DNA of 64,000 bases, from the NCBI GenBank assembly GCA_965649125.1, contig CBFGJO010000001.1:49767-113766 (forward strand). The letters are read 5' to 3'. Numbering within the stretch: the first letter of the stretch is position 1; each line of letters starts with the position of its first letter. This DNA is from a candidate division WOR-3 bacterium. GTDB lineage: Bacteria; Hydrothermota; Hydrothermia; Hydrothermales; Hydrothermaceae. The notes below the pieces were generated by a model. The model saw nothing but the letters and a program-made list of their open reading frames with translations. It had not been told where the DNA came from and made no database searches. Position numbers and translations under genes: made by a program. Positions 9,463 to 18,395 of this stretch are shown piece after piece.

Positions 9463-10768
9463 AAATTTTCCCCTTTTTAAGGAGTCCCTCAAACTGCCTC
9501 ATTAAAAGGAATGATTCAATTTGCTGAAGTGTATCAAGGGCAACCCCAACTATTATTAAAAGTCTTGTACCACCAAAATAAAATGGAACATGAGACCATT
9601 TTATAAGATAAAATGGAAAAATTGCAACAAAAGCAAGATATAAACTTCCAGGAAATGTTATCCTTTTTAAAACTTTATCAATATATTCTGATGTTTTCTC
9701 ACCAGGTCTTATACCAGGAATAAATCCACCATATCTTTGTAAGTTTTCTGCAAGATCTTTCGGATTTAAAATTATTGCAGTATAATAATAAGTGAAAAAT
9801 ATTATTAAAAGTGCATAGGGAATATCATAGAATGGGTGTCCCGGAATAAACCACTGGTTGAAGGTTTCAGCCCATTTAAATCCTGGAAAAAATGAAGCAA
9901 CCGTATTTGGAAATATCATAATACTCTGAGCAAATATGATTGGTATAACTCCTGCTGTTATTACTCTTAAAGGAATATGGGTTGTCTGTCCTCCATAGAT
10001 CCTTCTTCCAATTATCCTTCTTGCATACTGCACTGGTATCTTTCTTGCTGCTATTGTCATAAACACTACGGATGCAGTTACTAAAAACATTACAATACCT
10101 ACAAGTAGTGCCATAGGGATTGAAAGTGCACCCGTTCTTATAAGTTCTATTGTGCTTGCAATTTCCTGTGGAACTGTATCAAGGGTTCCAACAAATATAA
10201 GAAGTGAAACACCGTTACCTATACCCCTTTCTGTTATCTGTTCTCCAAGCCACATCGCAAATATTGCACCAGCAGTAAGTGTTAAAACTGTTGTAATCGT
10301 AAAACTTGGTCCAGGATTTGGAACAATAGGAAATCCTGAAGGTGATGTAAATCTTGTTAAAAGTGTCGCAACACCAAAAGATTGAATTGCAGCAACAAGA
10401 ACAGTTGCATACCTTGTATACTGGGTTATCTTTCTCCTGCCTGCTTCCCCTTCCTTTTGTAATTTTTCAAGGTATGGAATAACTGTAACAAGTAATTGAA
10501 ATATTATTGATGCAGAAATATAAGGCATTACACCTGTTCCAAGAACAGAAGCTCTTGAAAGTGCACCTCCTACAAAAAGGTCATATAAACCAAGGAAACT
10601 CCCCCTTAATTGCCTTGTAAAAAGTTCGCCAAGTGCCTTCCCGTCAATTCCTGAAACCGGGATATGTGTTCCAATCCTGTAAATTAAAATCATAAGAATT
10701 GTGAATAAAATCTTATCTCTTAAATCTTTTATCCTGAATATATTACCAATCTTCTCTACTGCACCCAT
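9446..10768 (-). CDS. secY: Preprotein translocase subunit SecY
   Basis: 440 aa, 10 TM segments. N-terminus ...[27 protein letters not shown] is characteristic of SecY. Confidence 0.95.
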   Translation of the reverse strand: MGAVEKIGNIFRIKDLRDKILFTILMILIYRIGTHIPVSGIDGKALGELFTRQLRGSFLGLYDLFVGGALSRASVLGTGVMPYISASIIFQLLVTVIPYLEKLQKEGEAGRRKITQYTRYATVLVAAIQSFGVATLLTRFTSPSGFPIVPNPGPSFTITTVLTLTAGAIFAMWLGEQITERGIGNGVSLLIFVGTLDTVPQEIASTIELIRTGALSIPMALLVGIVMFLVTASVVFMTIAARKIPVQYARRIIGRRIYGGQTTHIPLRVITAGVIPIIFAQSIMIFPNTVASFFPGFKWAETFNQWFIPGHPFYDIPYALLIIFFTYYYTAIILNPKDLAENLQRYGGFIPGIRPGEKTSEYIDKVLKRITFPGSLYLAFVAIFPFYLIKWSHVPFYFGGTRLLIIVGVALDTLQQIESFLLMRQFEGLLKKGKIYGRRR

Positions 10769-11217
10769 TTTTCTTCAATTATCTCTACCTTTCCCCCTGT
10801 TTTTTCAATTTTCTCTCTTGCAGAAGAAGAAATTGCATGAACTTTTAAAATAAGGGGCTTACTAATTTCCCCCTTTCCAAGAACTTTAACAGGTAATTTT
10901 CTCCTCGTAATTCCTTTTTCTCTCAACCTTTCAGGGGTCACTTCTTCATTTTCGTTAAACTTTTTATCAAGAACTTCAATATTTATAATTGCATATTCTT
11001 TTTTAAATGGATTTGTAAATCCCCTTTTTGGTAATCTCCTGTATAAAGGAGTTTGACCTCCTTCAAACCATGGGCCCTTTTCTTTTCCACTTCTTGCTCC
11101 TGCTCCTTTTGTTCCTCTCCCACTTGTCTTTCCATGACCAGAACCGATACCCCTTCCAACTCTCTTCCTTTTTTTCTTTGCTCCAGGATTTGGTCTTAAA
11201 TTAGATAGAGTCAACAT
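10756..11217 (-). CDS. rplO: 50S ribosomal protein L15
   Basis: [38 protein letters not shown] is a canonical uL15 N-terminus. Confidence 0.9.
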   Translation of the reverse strand: MLTLSNLRPNPGAKKKRKRVGRGIGSGHGKTSGRGTKGAGARSGKEKGPWFEGGQTPLYRRLPKRGFTNPFKKEYAIINIEVLDKKFNENEEVTPERLREKGITRRKLPVKVLGKGEISKPLILKVHAISSSAREKIEKTGGKVEIIEEKWVQ

Positions 11218-11404
11218 ACTCTATCTCCACAAGATGTTTGACCTTTTCAATCATACCTCTTATTTGAGGCAAATCCTTATGAATAACCACATCTCCTATC
11301 TTTTTAAGACCAAGAGCATCAAGCGCCCTTTTTGCCTTCCAGTTTGCTCCAATCCTGCTCCTTAATTGTCTTATTCTGATATACTTCTTCTTTTCCTCTT
11401 TCAT
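11201..11404 (-). CDS. rpmD: 50S ribosomal protein L30
   Basis: 67 aa. [11 protein letters not shown]...LGL.KIGD.V...D.P.IRGMI fits uL30. Confidence 0.8.
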   Translation of the reverse strand: MKEEKKKYIRIRQLRSRIGANWKAKRALDALGLKKIGDVVIHKDLPQIRGMIEKVKHLVEIEYVDSI

Positions 11405-11912
11405 ACATAAACCTCCTCATAATCTCCTGCAGCGGTTTATTTCTAATTTTTGAAACTTCATAAGGATTTTTTAGTTTTAGTAATGCATCCATTGTCGCCT
11501 TCATTAAATTTACTGCATTATTTGACCCAAGGGATTTTGTTAGAACATTTTCATAACCTGCAGCCTCTAATAAGCTTCTTACAGGTTGACATGCTATAAG
11601 TCCTGAACCAGGTGCGGCAGGCTTCAAAAGAACTTTTGAAGCACCACATTTCCCAATTACAGGATGGGGAATTGTTTTATTTATTACAATTACTTTTTTA
11701 ATGTTTTTCCTAGCCCTTCTCAAAGCCTTCTCAATAGCATCAGGTGTTTCAGCAGCCTTTCCATAACCTATCCCAACAGTTCCGTTTCCATCACCAACCA
11801 CAACCCATGCTGAAAACCTGAATTTTCTTCCACCTGCAACAACCTTTACAACCCTTTTTATTGTTACTATATTTTCAATGGCAAATACTCTTTCTTCCTT
11901 TTCCTCTAACAT
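11319..11912 (-). CDS. rpsE: 30S ribosomal protein S5 with about 30-aa C-terminal extension
   Basis: dsRBD plus S5 C-domain: KVVAGGRKFRFSAWVVVGDGNGTVGIGYGKA...GSGLIA...AAGY.NVLTKSLGS.N..N..KAT.DAL. The extension reads through 86 nt of the rpmD 5' end in another frame. Confidence 0.88.
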   Translation of the reverse strand: MLEEKEERVFAIENIVTIKRVVKVVAGGRKFRFSAWVVVGDGNGTVGIGYGKAAETPDAIEKALRRARKNIKKVIVINKTIPHPVIGKCGASKVLLKPAAPGSGLIACQPVRSLLEAAGYENVLTKSLGSNNAVNLMKATMDALLKLKNPYEVSKIRNKPLQEIMRRFMYERGKEEVYQNKTIKEQDWSKLEGKKGA

Positions 11913-11987
11913 TTTACTCCAAATTTTTATTAAATTGAGTTTTTAAGTATAATATAAAACAAAATTATTGTCAAATAGGTTTAAAAA

Positions 11988-13016
11988 ATGCAGATTCAGA
12001 AAGTATTAAAAAAACTATTAAATTATGAAAATTTAAGTTATGATGAATGTTATCGCACTTTTGAGAAATTTTTAATAAAGAATTCTCCATCTTCACAGAT
12101 TGCTGGATTTTTAATCGCTTTAAGGATGAAAGGAGAAAGTGCTGAAGAACTCTTTGCACTTTCAAAATGTATGAGAGATTATTCAAAAAAGATGGAGATT
12201 AAAAATCAAAAAGAAATAATTGATGTATGTGGAACAGGAGGAGATTATTCAAATACAATTAACATAAGTACAATAGCATCTTTTATTGTATCGGCATGCG
12301 GAGTTTGTGTCACAAAACATTCAAGTAAAAAAATGACAAGCACATGTGGAAGTGCGGATTTGCTTTCAAAAGCAGGTTATAACTTAAATACACCTTTTGA
12401 AATAGTTAAAAAATCAATTGAAAAAGAGGGAATCGGGTTTATATATGCTCCCCTATACCATCCAATGGCAAGAAGGATTGCAAAGATAAGGGCTCAACTT
12501 GGTATCATCACAACATTTAATATAATTGGTGCACTTGCAAATCCTGCTCCTATAACGCACAGGTTTATGGGAGTTAACGAAAAAAGAATATTAAAGCCTG
12601 TAAGTGAGGCAATCAAAAAAATGGGTATTGAAAGGGCGCTAATTTTTACAAGTAATGATGGTCTTGATGAAATATCCATATTTGATAAAACTTATGGTAC
12701 CTTGATTGAAAATGGGATTTTGAAAGAAATTGAAATTCAGCCTGAAGATTTTGGAATTAAAAGGGAAAAAAATATTGAAAGTATAAAGGTTAAGGGAAAG
12801 ATGAATGCGCTCAAAATGATGTTTGATATTCTTGAATGTAAGATGCCTTTAGAGGCGCCACCGGTTAAAATTGTTCTTGTGAATGCAGGTGGGGCACTTT
12901 ATGTAATGAATAAAGCGAGAGATTTTAAAGAAGGTTATAAACTTGCAAAGGAAGCACTTTTTTCAAAAAAGGCATTTGAAAAATTTAAAAGATGGATTAA
13001 AATCTCAAATTCCTGA
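11988..13016 (+). CDS. trpD: Anthranilate phosphoribosyltransferase family protein (glycosyltransferase family 3)
   Basis: Motif CGTGGD followed by NISTIASFIV.ACG. 342 aa. No other trp genes are adjacent. Confidence 0.75.
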   Translation: MQIQKVLKKLLNYENLSYDECYRTFEKFLIKNSPSSQIAGFLIALRMKGESAEELFALSKCMRDYSKKMEIKNQKEIIDVCGTGGDYSNTINISTIASFIVSACGVCVTKHSSKKMTSTCGSADLLSKAGYNLNTPFEIVKKSIEKEGIGFIYAPLYHPMARRIAKIRAQLGIITTFNIIGALANPAPITHRFMGVNEKRILKPVSEAIKKMGIERALIFTSNDGLDEISIFDKTYGTLIENGILKEIEIQPEDFGIKREKNIESIKVKGKMNALKMMFDILECKMPLEAPPVKIVLVNAGGALYVMNKARDFKEGYKLAKEALFSKKAFEKFKRWIKISNS

Positions 13017-13905
13017 TTTTTTCATATATCTTATAAAAGGGATTAATAAACCTGCAAATATAAACTTCTTCTTTTTCACATCCAAAATTCTCCTTAAAAA
13101 ATAAAGTCCCGGAACTTCCTGGAGGAGTTAAGCCAAAAGAAAATTTTTCAAAATTTTTTTCCTTGTAATATCTTATAATTTCACTGAATATAAAAGGAGA
13201 AATGCGGTAAGAATAATAATCCGGATCTGTTCCCTGAATAAATGCAAGGGAGGAATTTTTATAAGGATGTAAACATATAACACCACTTTTAATCTCTCCA
13301 TTTACTTCTGCAACAAATCCATCTGCCCATTCAGGGAATAAATTTTTATATATACTTAAAATGAAAGAAAAAGAAAGGTAATGTTTCTTTTTGTATTTAA
13401 ACCTCATGAGTTTTTCATATATTTTATAAAAATCAAAAAGGTCCTCTTCTTTCATTTTCCTAAAATAAACACCTTTTCTTTTTGCCTGCCTTATCTGTTC
13501 TCTTAAAGATTTTTTATAATTCCTTTCAATTTGTGAAATTTCTTTTTTCAAATCTATGTTATAATAAAAATTTTTTATTCTTATTAAATTTTCATTTTCC
13601 TTTAATTTTTTAGAAAAATCAACAATTTCCATAAAAATGACAAATTTTATTTTTTTTATAATAAAATCAACATCAAATTCCCATTTAAAAATATATGGTG
13701 TTGTGTAAGGAGAAAAATAAATGGTAAAGAAAAATCCCTTCTTTTTATATCCAAATGGCATAACAATATCTTTATTTCTTATAAAGCCAACTTTGAAACT
13801 TTTTACCCCCTCTTTAACCGTTTTATACCAGATATAATTACAAAAAAGAAAATCCTCCTTTATTTTCGAAATTATTTCCTCATTTTCTTTAAGGATTATT
13901 TCCAT
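12997..13905 (-). CDS. Hypothetical protein, possibly GNAT-fold FemAB/BioF2-like acyl- or aminoacyl-transferase
   Basis: 302 aa with no clear motif. This is a weak impression from length, composition and position as the last gene of a glycan-biosynthesis operon. Confidence 0.25.
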   Translation of the reverse strand: MEIILKENEEIISKIKEDFLFCNYIWYKTVKEGVKSFKVGFIRNKDIVMPFGYKKKGFFFTIYFSPYTTPYIFKWEFDVDFIIKKIKFVIFMEIVDFSKKLKENENLIRIKNFYYNIDLKKEISQIERNYKKSLREQIRQAKRKGVYFRKMKEEDLFDFYKIYEKLMRFKYKKKHYLSFSFILSIYKNLFPEWADGFVAEVNGEIKSGVICLHPYKNSSLAFIQGTDPDYYSYRISPFIFSEIIRYYKEKNFEKFSFGLTPPGSSGTLFFKENFGCEKEEVYICRFINPFYKIYEKIRNLRF

Positions 13906-13913
13906 TTTAAAAA

Positions 13914-15032
13914 TTATAATAAAATATTCTTATAAAATTCAATTTCTCTTTTTGTGTTTTCAGAAAATTTTGGAATCTTTAAAGAGGTTTTCAAAGCATT
14001 TTCAGAAAGGATTTTTAATAAATCCCTATTTTTAAGAATATTTACTATACAATTTATAAATTCATCAATATCATAAGGTTTTATCAAAAAACCGTTTTCC
14101 CTATTTTTTATAAGTGTATAAGGTGTGATATCAAAAGAAATTACAGGCTTACCATAGGAAAAGGATTCTACAGTTGGTCTTGTCATATTTGCATGGGGGG
14201 TTGTATTTATAAGTATATCTATTGATGAATAAAATTTATTCATTTTAAAATAAGGTAGTGCACCTATATAAGTTAATTTCTGTTTCATTTTCTCTTTTAA
14301 TCTTTCCAATTTTTTAATTCCGCTTCCTTTTCCCGCAACTATTAAATGAATTTTATCTATATCTTTTATTCCTTCACATATCTTTAAAAAGTAATCAAAG
14401 CCCCTGTCCTTTTCAAATCTTCCACAAAAACCAATATTTACAAAATTCTCTTTTCTATAGATAGGCTCAAAGATTATTTCATCAGGTTTTGGTTGCTTAT
14501 TTATTAAAACCCTATCCATAGGAATTTTAAAAATGGAGACCAGTTTTTCAACTCCTGAGCCATCATCTTCTATAACATAATAATCTGCCCTTTTTTTAAA
14601 TGAGTTAAAAAAAGTATAATATTTCCATTTTATCCAAAGTTTATTAACATTTTCTAAATAAGGATTGAGAGGAATACCAAAATGTTTATTAACTATTTTT
14701 ATTTTTCTTTCTTTTGCAAATTTATATCCTGCTTCATATAAACTACTTGAAAAAACAATCACCATTTTATAATCTTTTTTGATTTTTTTTAAAAAATTAA
14801 ACACAAGATTATTCAAAATTTTATAATAAAAACGAAAAGGTCTTTTAACTTTACCAGCCGGGACCCTCAAAAATCTTACCTTTTTTATACCCTCATATTC
14901 CTTTTTACCTATATAAATCCAATCAACTTCCATATCATTTTTTAGAAATTCTTTTAAAAGATAATAGTTATTAGGGCTACCAAAACAATTTTTATCCCAG
15001 TCATATTCCCAAGGACTTAAAATGAGTATCAT
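13914..15032 (-). CDS. Glycosyltransferase family 4 (GT-B fold)
   Basis: C-terminal GT1/GT4 signature region ...GKPVISFD.....ENGFLIKPYDIDEFINCIVNIL. 372 aa. Confidence 0.7.
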   Translation of the reverse strand: MILILSPWEYDWDKNCFGSPNNYYLLKEFLKNDMEVDWIYIGKKEYEGIKKVRFLRVPAGKVKRPFRFYYKILNNLVFNFLKKIKKDYKMVIVFSSSLYEAGYKFAKERKIKIVNKHFGIPLNPYLENVNKLWIKWKYYTFFNSFKKRADYYVIEDDGSGVEKLVSIFKIPMDRVLINKQPKPDEIIFEPIYRKENFVNIGFCGRFEKDRGFDYFLKICEGIKDIDKIHLIVAGKGSGIKKLERLKEKMKQKLTYIGALPYFKMNKFYSSIDILINTTPHANMTRPTVESFSYGKPVISFDITPYTLIKNRENGFLIKPYDIDEFINCIVNILKNRDLLKILSENALKTSLKIPKFSENTKREIEFYKNILL

Positions 15033-16180
15033 TTTTTCTTTCTAAGAGTTATGTAAAATATACTTAAATAGATTGAAATTGTTCCTGTAAATAAATATAA
15101 AGAATTTATAAAATCAGTTAAAAAGGGGCGCGGCGGAAAAGCAGTAAGAGCAATTCCTAAAAGAAAAAGAATTTTAAAAATATTATCTTCTTTATCAAAT
15201 AAAGGTAAAAGAATGATTGAAATTCCTAAGTAATGAAGCCAGAAAAGAGGGGAAATTAAAAAACCTGTAAATATACCAAAAATAATGCTTTTAAATTCCT
15301 CCCCTTTTATCCATACATAAATGGTTATTCCTAAAAGAATTAAATCAAGAATTCTTATAAAAATAATAAATTTTTCAGGAAGTAAATAAAGTTCATGGGA
15401 ACTTACAAAAGGTGCAATTTTTAAAGTTTTTGCTAAAAATGATTGAATAGAGATATTTTCACATGAAAGAACTGTATGTTTTGAGTAAAATAAAAGGCTT
15501 TTAATATGAAGAATTAATATATCTTTACCTAAAATTAAAACTGGAAAAATTAAAAAAATAAAATAAAAAAGGGAAGCAAAAATCAAAATTTTAAATCTTT
15601 TTTTAATTAAATAATAAAGAGGTAATAAAAAGAAAAATTGAGGTTTTAACATGATACCAGAAGAAATTAAAAAACCTTTAACCCTATCATCCTTACAAGA
15701 TAAAAGAAAAGTGATTATAAAAATTAAAATTAAATCAAAGGCACCTGACAAAAAGATTTCCCTTATTGGAAAATAAATTAATGAAAAGGCTATAAAATTT
15801 AAGTTGAAATTGTATTTTTTAAAAATTTTGATAAGAAGAAAAAGATACAAAAATGTAAAAATAAACATTATAAATTTATAGGGAATAAAAATCAGGGGAT
15901 AAAAAAGGATATAAATAAAGGGATGATAGATAAAGGGGATTTCAAAAATTTCATCAGTTTTGAATCCCCGGAGATTCAACCAATTTTTAAACTCCTCTGA
16001 AAAAGTTGCAGGAATTTTATATAACTCATTTTTAAAAGGAGAAAATAAAGCCTTTGAAGTTAAAAATATGGATTTTAAATCACCCATTTCAAAACCAAAA
16101 ATTGCTGAAAACAGATTCCCTGAAAATAAAATAAGAGCATAAAAGAAAAAGAAAAACGCGAAATTTATCTTCTTTTCCAT
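15029..16180 (-). CDS. Polytopic membrane protein, putative Wzy-type polymerase or GT-C/GT87-like glycosyltransferase
   Basis: 383 aa, about 10-11 TM helices. Sits between a GT4 gene and a Wzx-like flippase gene. Confidence 0.4.
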   Translation of the reverse strand: MEKKINFAFFFFFYALILFSGNLFSAIFGFEMGDLKSIFLTSKALFSPFKNELYKIPATFSEEFKNWLNLRGFKTDEIFEIPFIYHPFIYILFYPLIFIPYKFIMFIFTFLYLFLLIKIFKKYNFNLNFIAFSLIYFPIREIFLSGAFDLILIFIITFLLSCKDDRVKGFLISSGIMLKPQFFFLLPLYYLIKKRFKILIFASLFYFIFLIFPVLILGKDILILHIKSLLFYSKHTVLSCENISIQSFLAKTLKIAPFVSSHELYLLPEKFIIFIRILDLILLGITIYVWIKGEEFKSIIFGIFTGFLISPLFWLHYLGISIILLPLFDKEDNIFKILFLLGIALTAFPPRPFLTDFINSLYLFTGTISIYLSIFYITLRKKK

Positions 16181-17586
16181 TTTTTAAAATAATTTTTTAT
16201 ATACTCAATCTCTGATTTATTAAGGGGTTTAAAAATAAAGGAAAAAATTAAAAATAAAAAATAAAAGGAAAAAAGAGAAAAGAAAATATTTTTATAAAAA
16301 ATGAAAAAGAAAAGTGAAGAAAAGGATAAAAGGATTGATAGGGAAGAATAAAAAACTTCTAAAAAACTTTCTTTAAATTTTTTTTCATATTTTGGCAAAA
16401 ACAAAAAGTAATTTATAAAAAGAACAAGTAAGCTTGAAAAAACATAAAGTATAGAAAGACCTAAAATGCCAAAATATTTAACCATTGGGTAAGAGAGAAT
16501 CAGAAATGAAATGATCCAGAAAAGGTCAGAATAAAAAAAATGGGTTATTTTTCCATAGGATCTGTAAATTAAAAGATAGGGGGAGTAAAGGGCATTTATA
16601 AAAATTCTAAAGTTAAGTATTAAGAGAACAGGATAAGCCTTTGTATAAAAGGAGTTAGTTATCAAAATTACAAGATTTTTACCAAATATTAAAAATAAAA
16701 AGAAAAAGTTTAAAGATAAAATAGAAAGTGTTTTTCTTAAAATGTTAAAGGGAATAAAAATTCTTTCAAAATTTTCAATCCTTGCGGAGATCTCCGGAGC
16801 CATTGCCTCCTCTGGATAATTCAGAATTTGTCTTAAAGGTTGAACTATCTTTTTCATGGAAGTAAAAAGTGAAACATCTGTAAAACCTGAAAAAAGAGCA
16901 ATTACAATTCTATCTGCATATTCAAAAAAGGGTGATAAAAAATGGAGCATAAATGAGATTTTCCAGAAATCTTTAATCTCCTTAAAAATATTTTTAAATT
17001 TTTTAAAATTAAATTTTTTAAATGGAAAAAAAAAGAATAATCCTGAAAAAATTGTGATAATCAAAGAAAAGGATTGCAAAATGAAAATTCTCTCCACTCT
17101 TAATTTATCTCGCAAGAGAAAAAGAAAGAAGGAAAATAAAAAATGGTATAAAAAATTAATAGTGAATGAATATTCCATTTTTCTAAGAGAATTGAAAATT
17201 GATGTTTGAACAGAAAGGAAGGAAAGTAAAAAAGTTGTAATAACTGAAAGGAGCAACAATTTTTTTTTCTCAAATTGAAAAAAATTCATAACAAAAATCA
17301 AAAATAGTAAGAAAGAAAAATAAAAGATTATAAAAAAATTAATCAAAGAATATATTTTTTCATTTTCTTTTTTTTCTTCCCAATAAGGTATAAATCTTGT
17401 AAAAACAAAAGGTAATCCCATTATAAGAATCTGGGAAAATATAAGGAAACCACCTAAATATGTGAAATAAACTCCAACTTCTTCAGGATTTAAAAAATTC
17501 GTAAGAATTTTTAGAATAAAAAAGTTTAACAAAAGGGTAAAAAAGTAAGAAGATATTAAAAAAATTAAATTTTTTATATACCTCAA
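16165..17586 (-). CDS. Polysaccharide biosynthesis protein / Wzx-like oligosaccharide flippase (MOP superfamily)
   Basis: 473 aa, about 12-14 TM helices. The N-terminal region resembles PST-family flippases. Confidence 0.55.
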   Translation of the reverse strand: MRYIKNLIFLISSYFFTLLLNFFILKILTNFLNPEEVGVYFTYLGGFLIFSQILIMGLPFVFTRFIPYWEEKKENEKIYSLINFFIIFYFSFLLFLIFVMNFFQFEKKKLLLLSVITTFLLSFLSVQTSIFNSLRKMEYSFTINFLYHFLFSFFLFLLRDKLRVERIFILQSFSLIITIFSGLFFFFPFKKFNFKKFKNIFKEIKDFWKISFMLHFLSPFFEYADRIVIALFSGFTDVSLFTSMKKIVQPLRQILNYPEEAMAPEISARIENFERIFIPFNILRKTLSILSLNFFFLFLIFGKNLVILITNSFYTKAYPVLLILNFRIFINALYSPYLLIYRSYGKITHFFYSDLFWIISFLILSYPMVKYFGILGLSILYVFSSLLVLFINYFLFLPKYEKKFKESFLEVFYSSLSILLSFSSLFFFIFYKNIFFSLFSFYFLFLIFSFIFKPLNKSEIEYIKNYFKKWKRR

Positions 17587-18395
17587 TTTTTTCTTTCTTT
17601 TTTTAAAGCAAGAAATGATTCATAGGGAATTAAAATTTTACCTATTTCATTCTTTGAATCATGAGAAAATCCATGAAAATCGCTTCCACCTGTTTTTAAA
17701 AATTTATTCTTCTCAGCAAATTCTAAAAGTTCTTCTAAATAATTTTTATTATCAGGATGCCATACCTCAATACCTTTTAATCCATACTTTTTTAGAAACA
17801 AAAAATAATCTAAATCATAATATTGACCGGGATGGGCAAGGATAGGTATTCCTTTACTTTTTATAATTATATCAATTCCCTCCTTTATGGAAATTTTGTA
17901 TTTAGGAACATAAGCAGGGGAAAAATGGCCTATGTATTTTTCAAAAGCATCATCTATGCTTTCTGCATATTTTTTTTTAACGAGTACCTTTGCGATATGT
18001 GGTCTTCCTATTGCATGGGCATTATTGCTCTCTTTGAAAACTTCTTCAACTTCAATTTTTATTCCCATTTTCTTTAAATTTTCTACCATTTTATAAACTC
18101 TTTTTATTCTTTCCTCCCTGAATATTTTTAAATAATCAAGAAGGGGGCCTATAGTAGTATCCACATAATAACCCAAAAGATGTATATCTCTGTTTCCCTC
18201 TCTCACAGAGAGTTCAACAGCAGGTATTATCTCAATCTCTGTATTGATATTTCTTATTTCTTCAAAACCCCTCATCGTATCATGGTCTGCAATTGCAATT
18301 ATATTAAATTTCATCTCCTGACATAGAAGGATTAAATCATAAGGTGAAAATTCTCCATCTGAAGCATTTGTATGAAGATGAAGGTCTATTTTCAT
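17583..18395 (-). CDS. PHP-domain metal-dependent phosphoesterase (TrpH/YciV-like, CpsB-like position)
   Basis: MKIDLHLHTNASDGEFSP...IADHD...HPG. The His/Asp metal ligands of the PHP fold are present. 270 aa. Confidence 0.75.
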   Translation of the reverse strand: MKIDLHLHTNASDGEFSPYDLILLCQEMKFNIIAIADHDTMRGFEEIRNINTEIEIIPAVELSVREGNRDIHLLGYYVDTTIGPLLDYLKIFREERIKRVYKMVENLKKMGIKIEVEEVFKESNNAHAIGRPHIAKVLVKKKYAESIDDAFEKYIGHFSPAYVPKYKISIKEGIDIIIKSKGIPILAHPGQYYDLDYFLFLKKYGLKGIEVWHPDNKNYLEELLEFAEKNKFLKTGGSDFHGFSHDSKNEIGKILIPYESFLALKKERKN

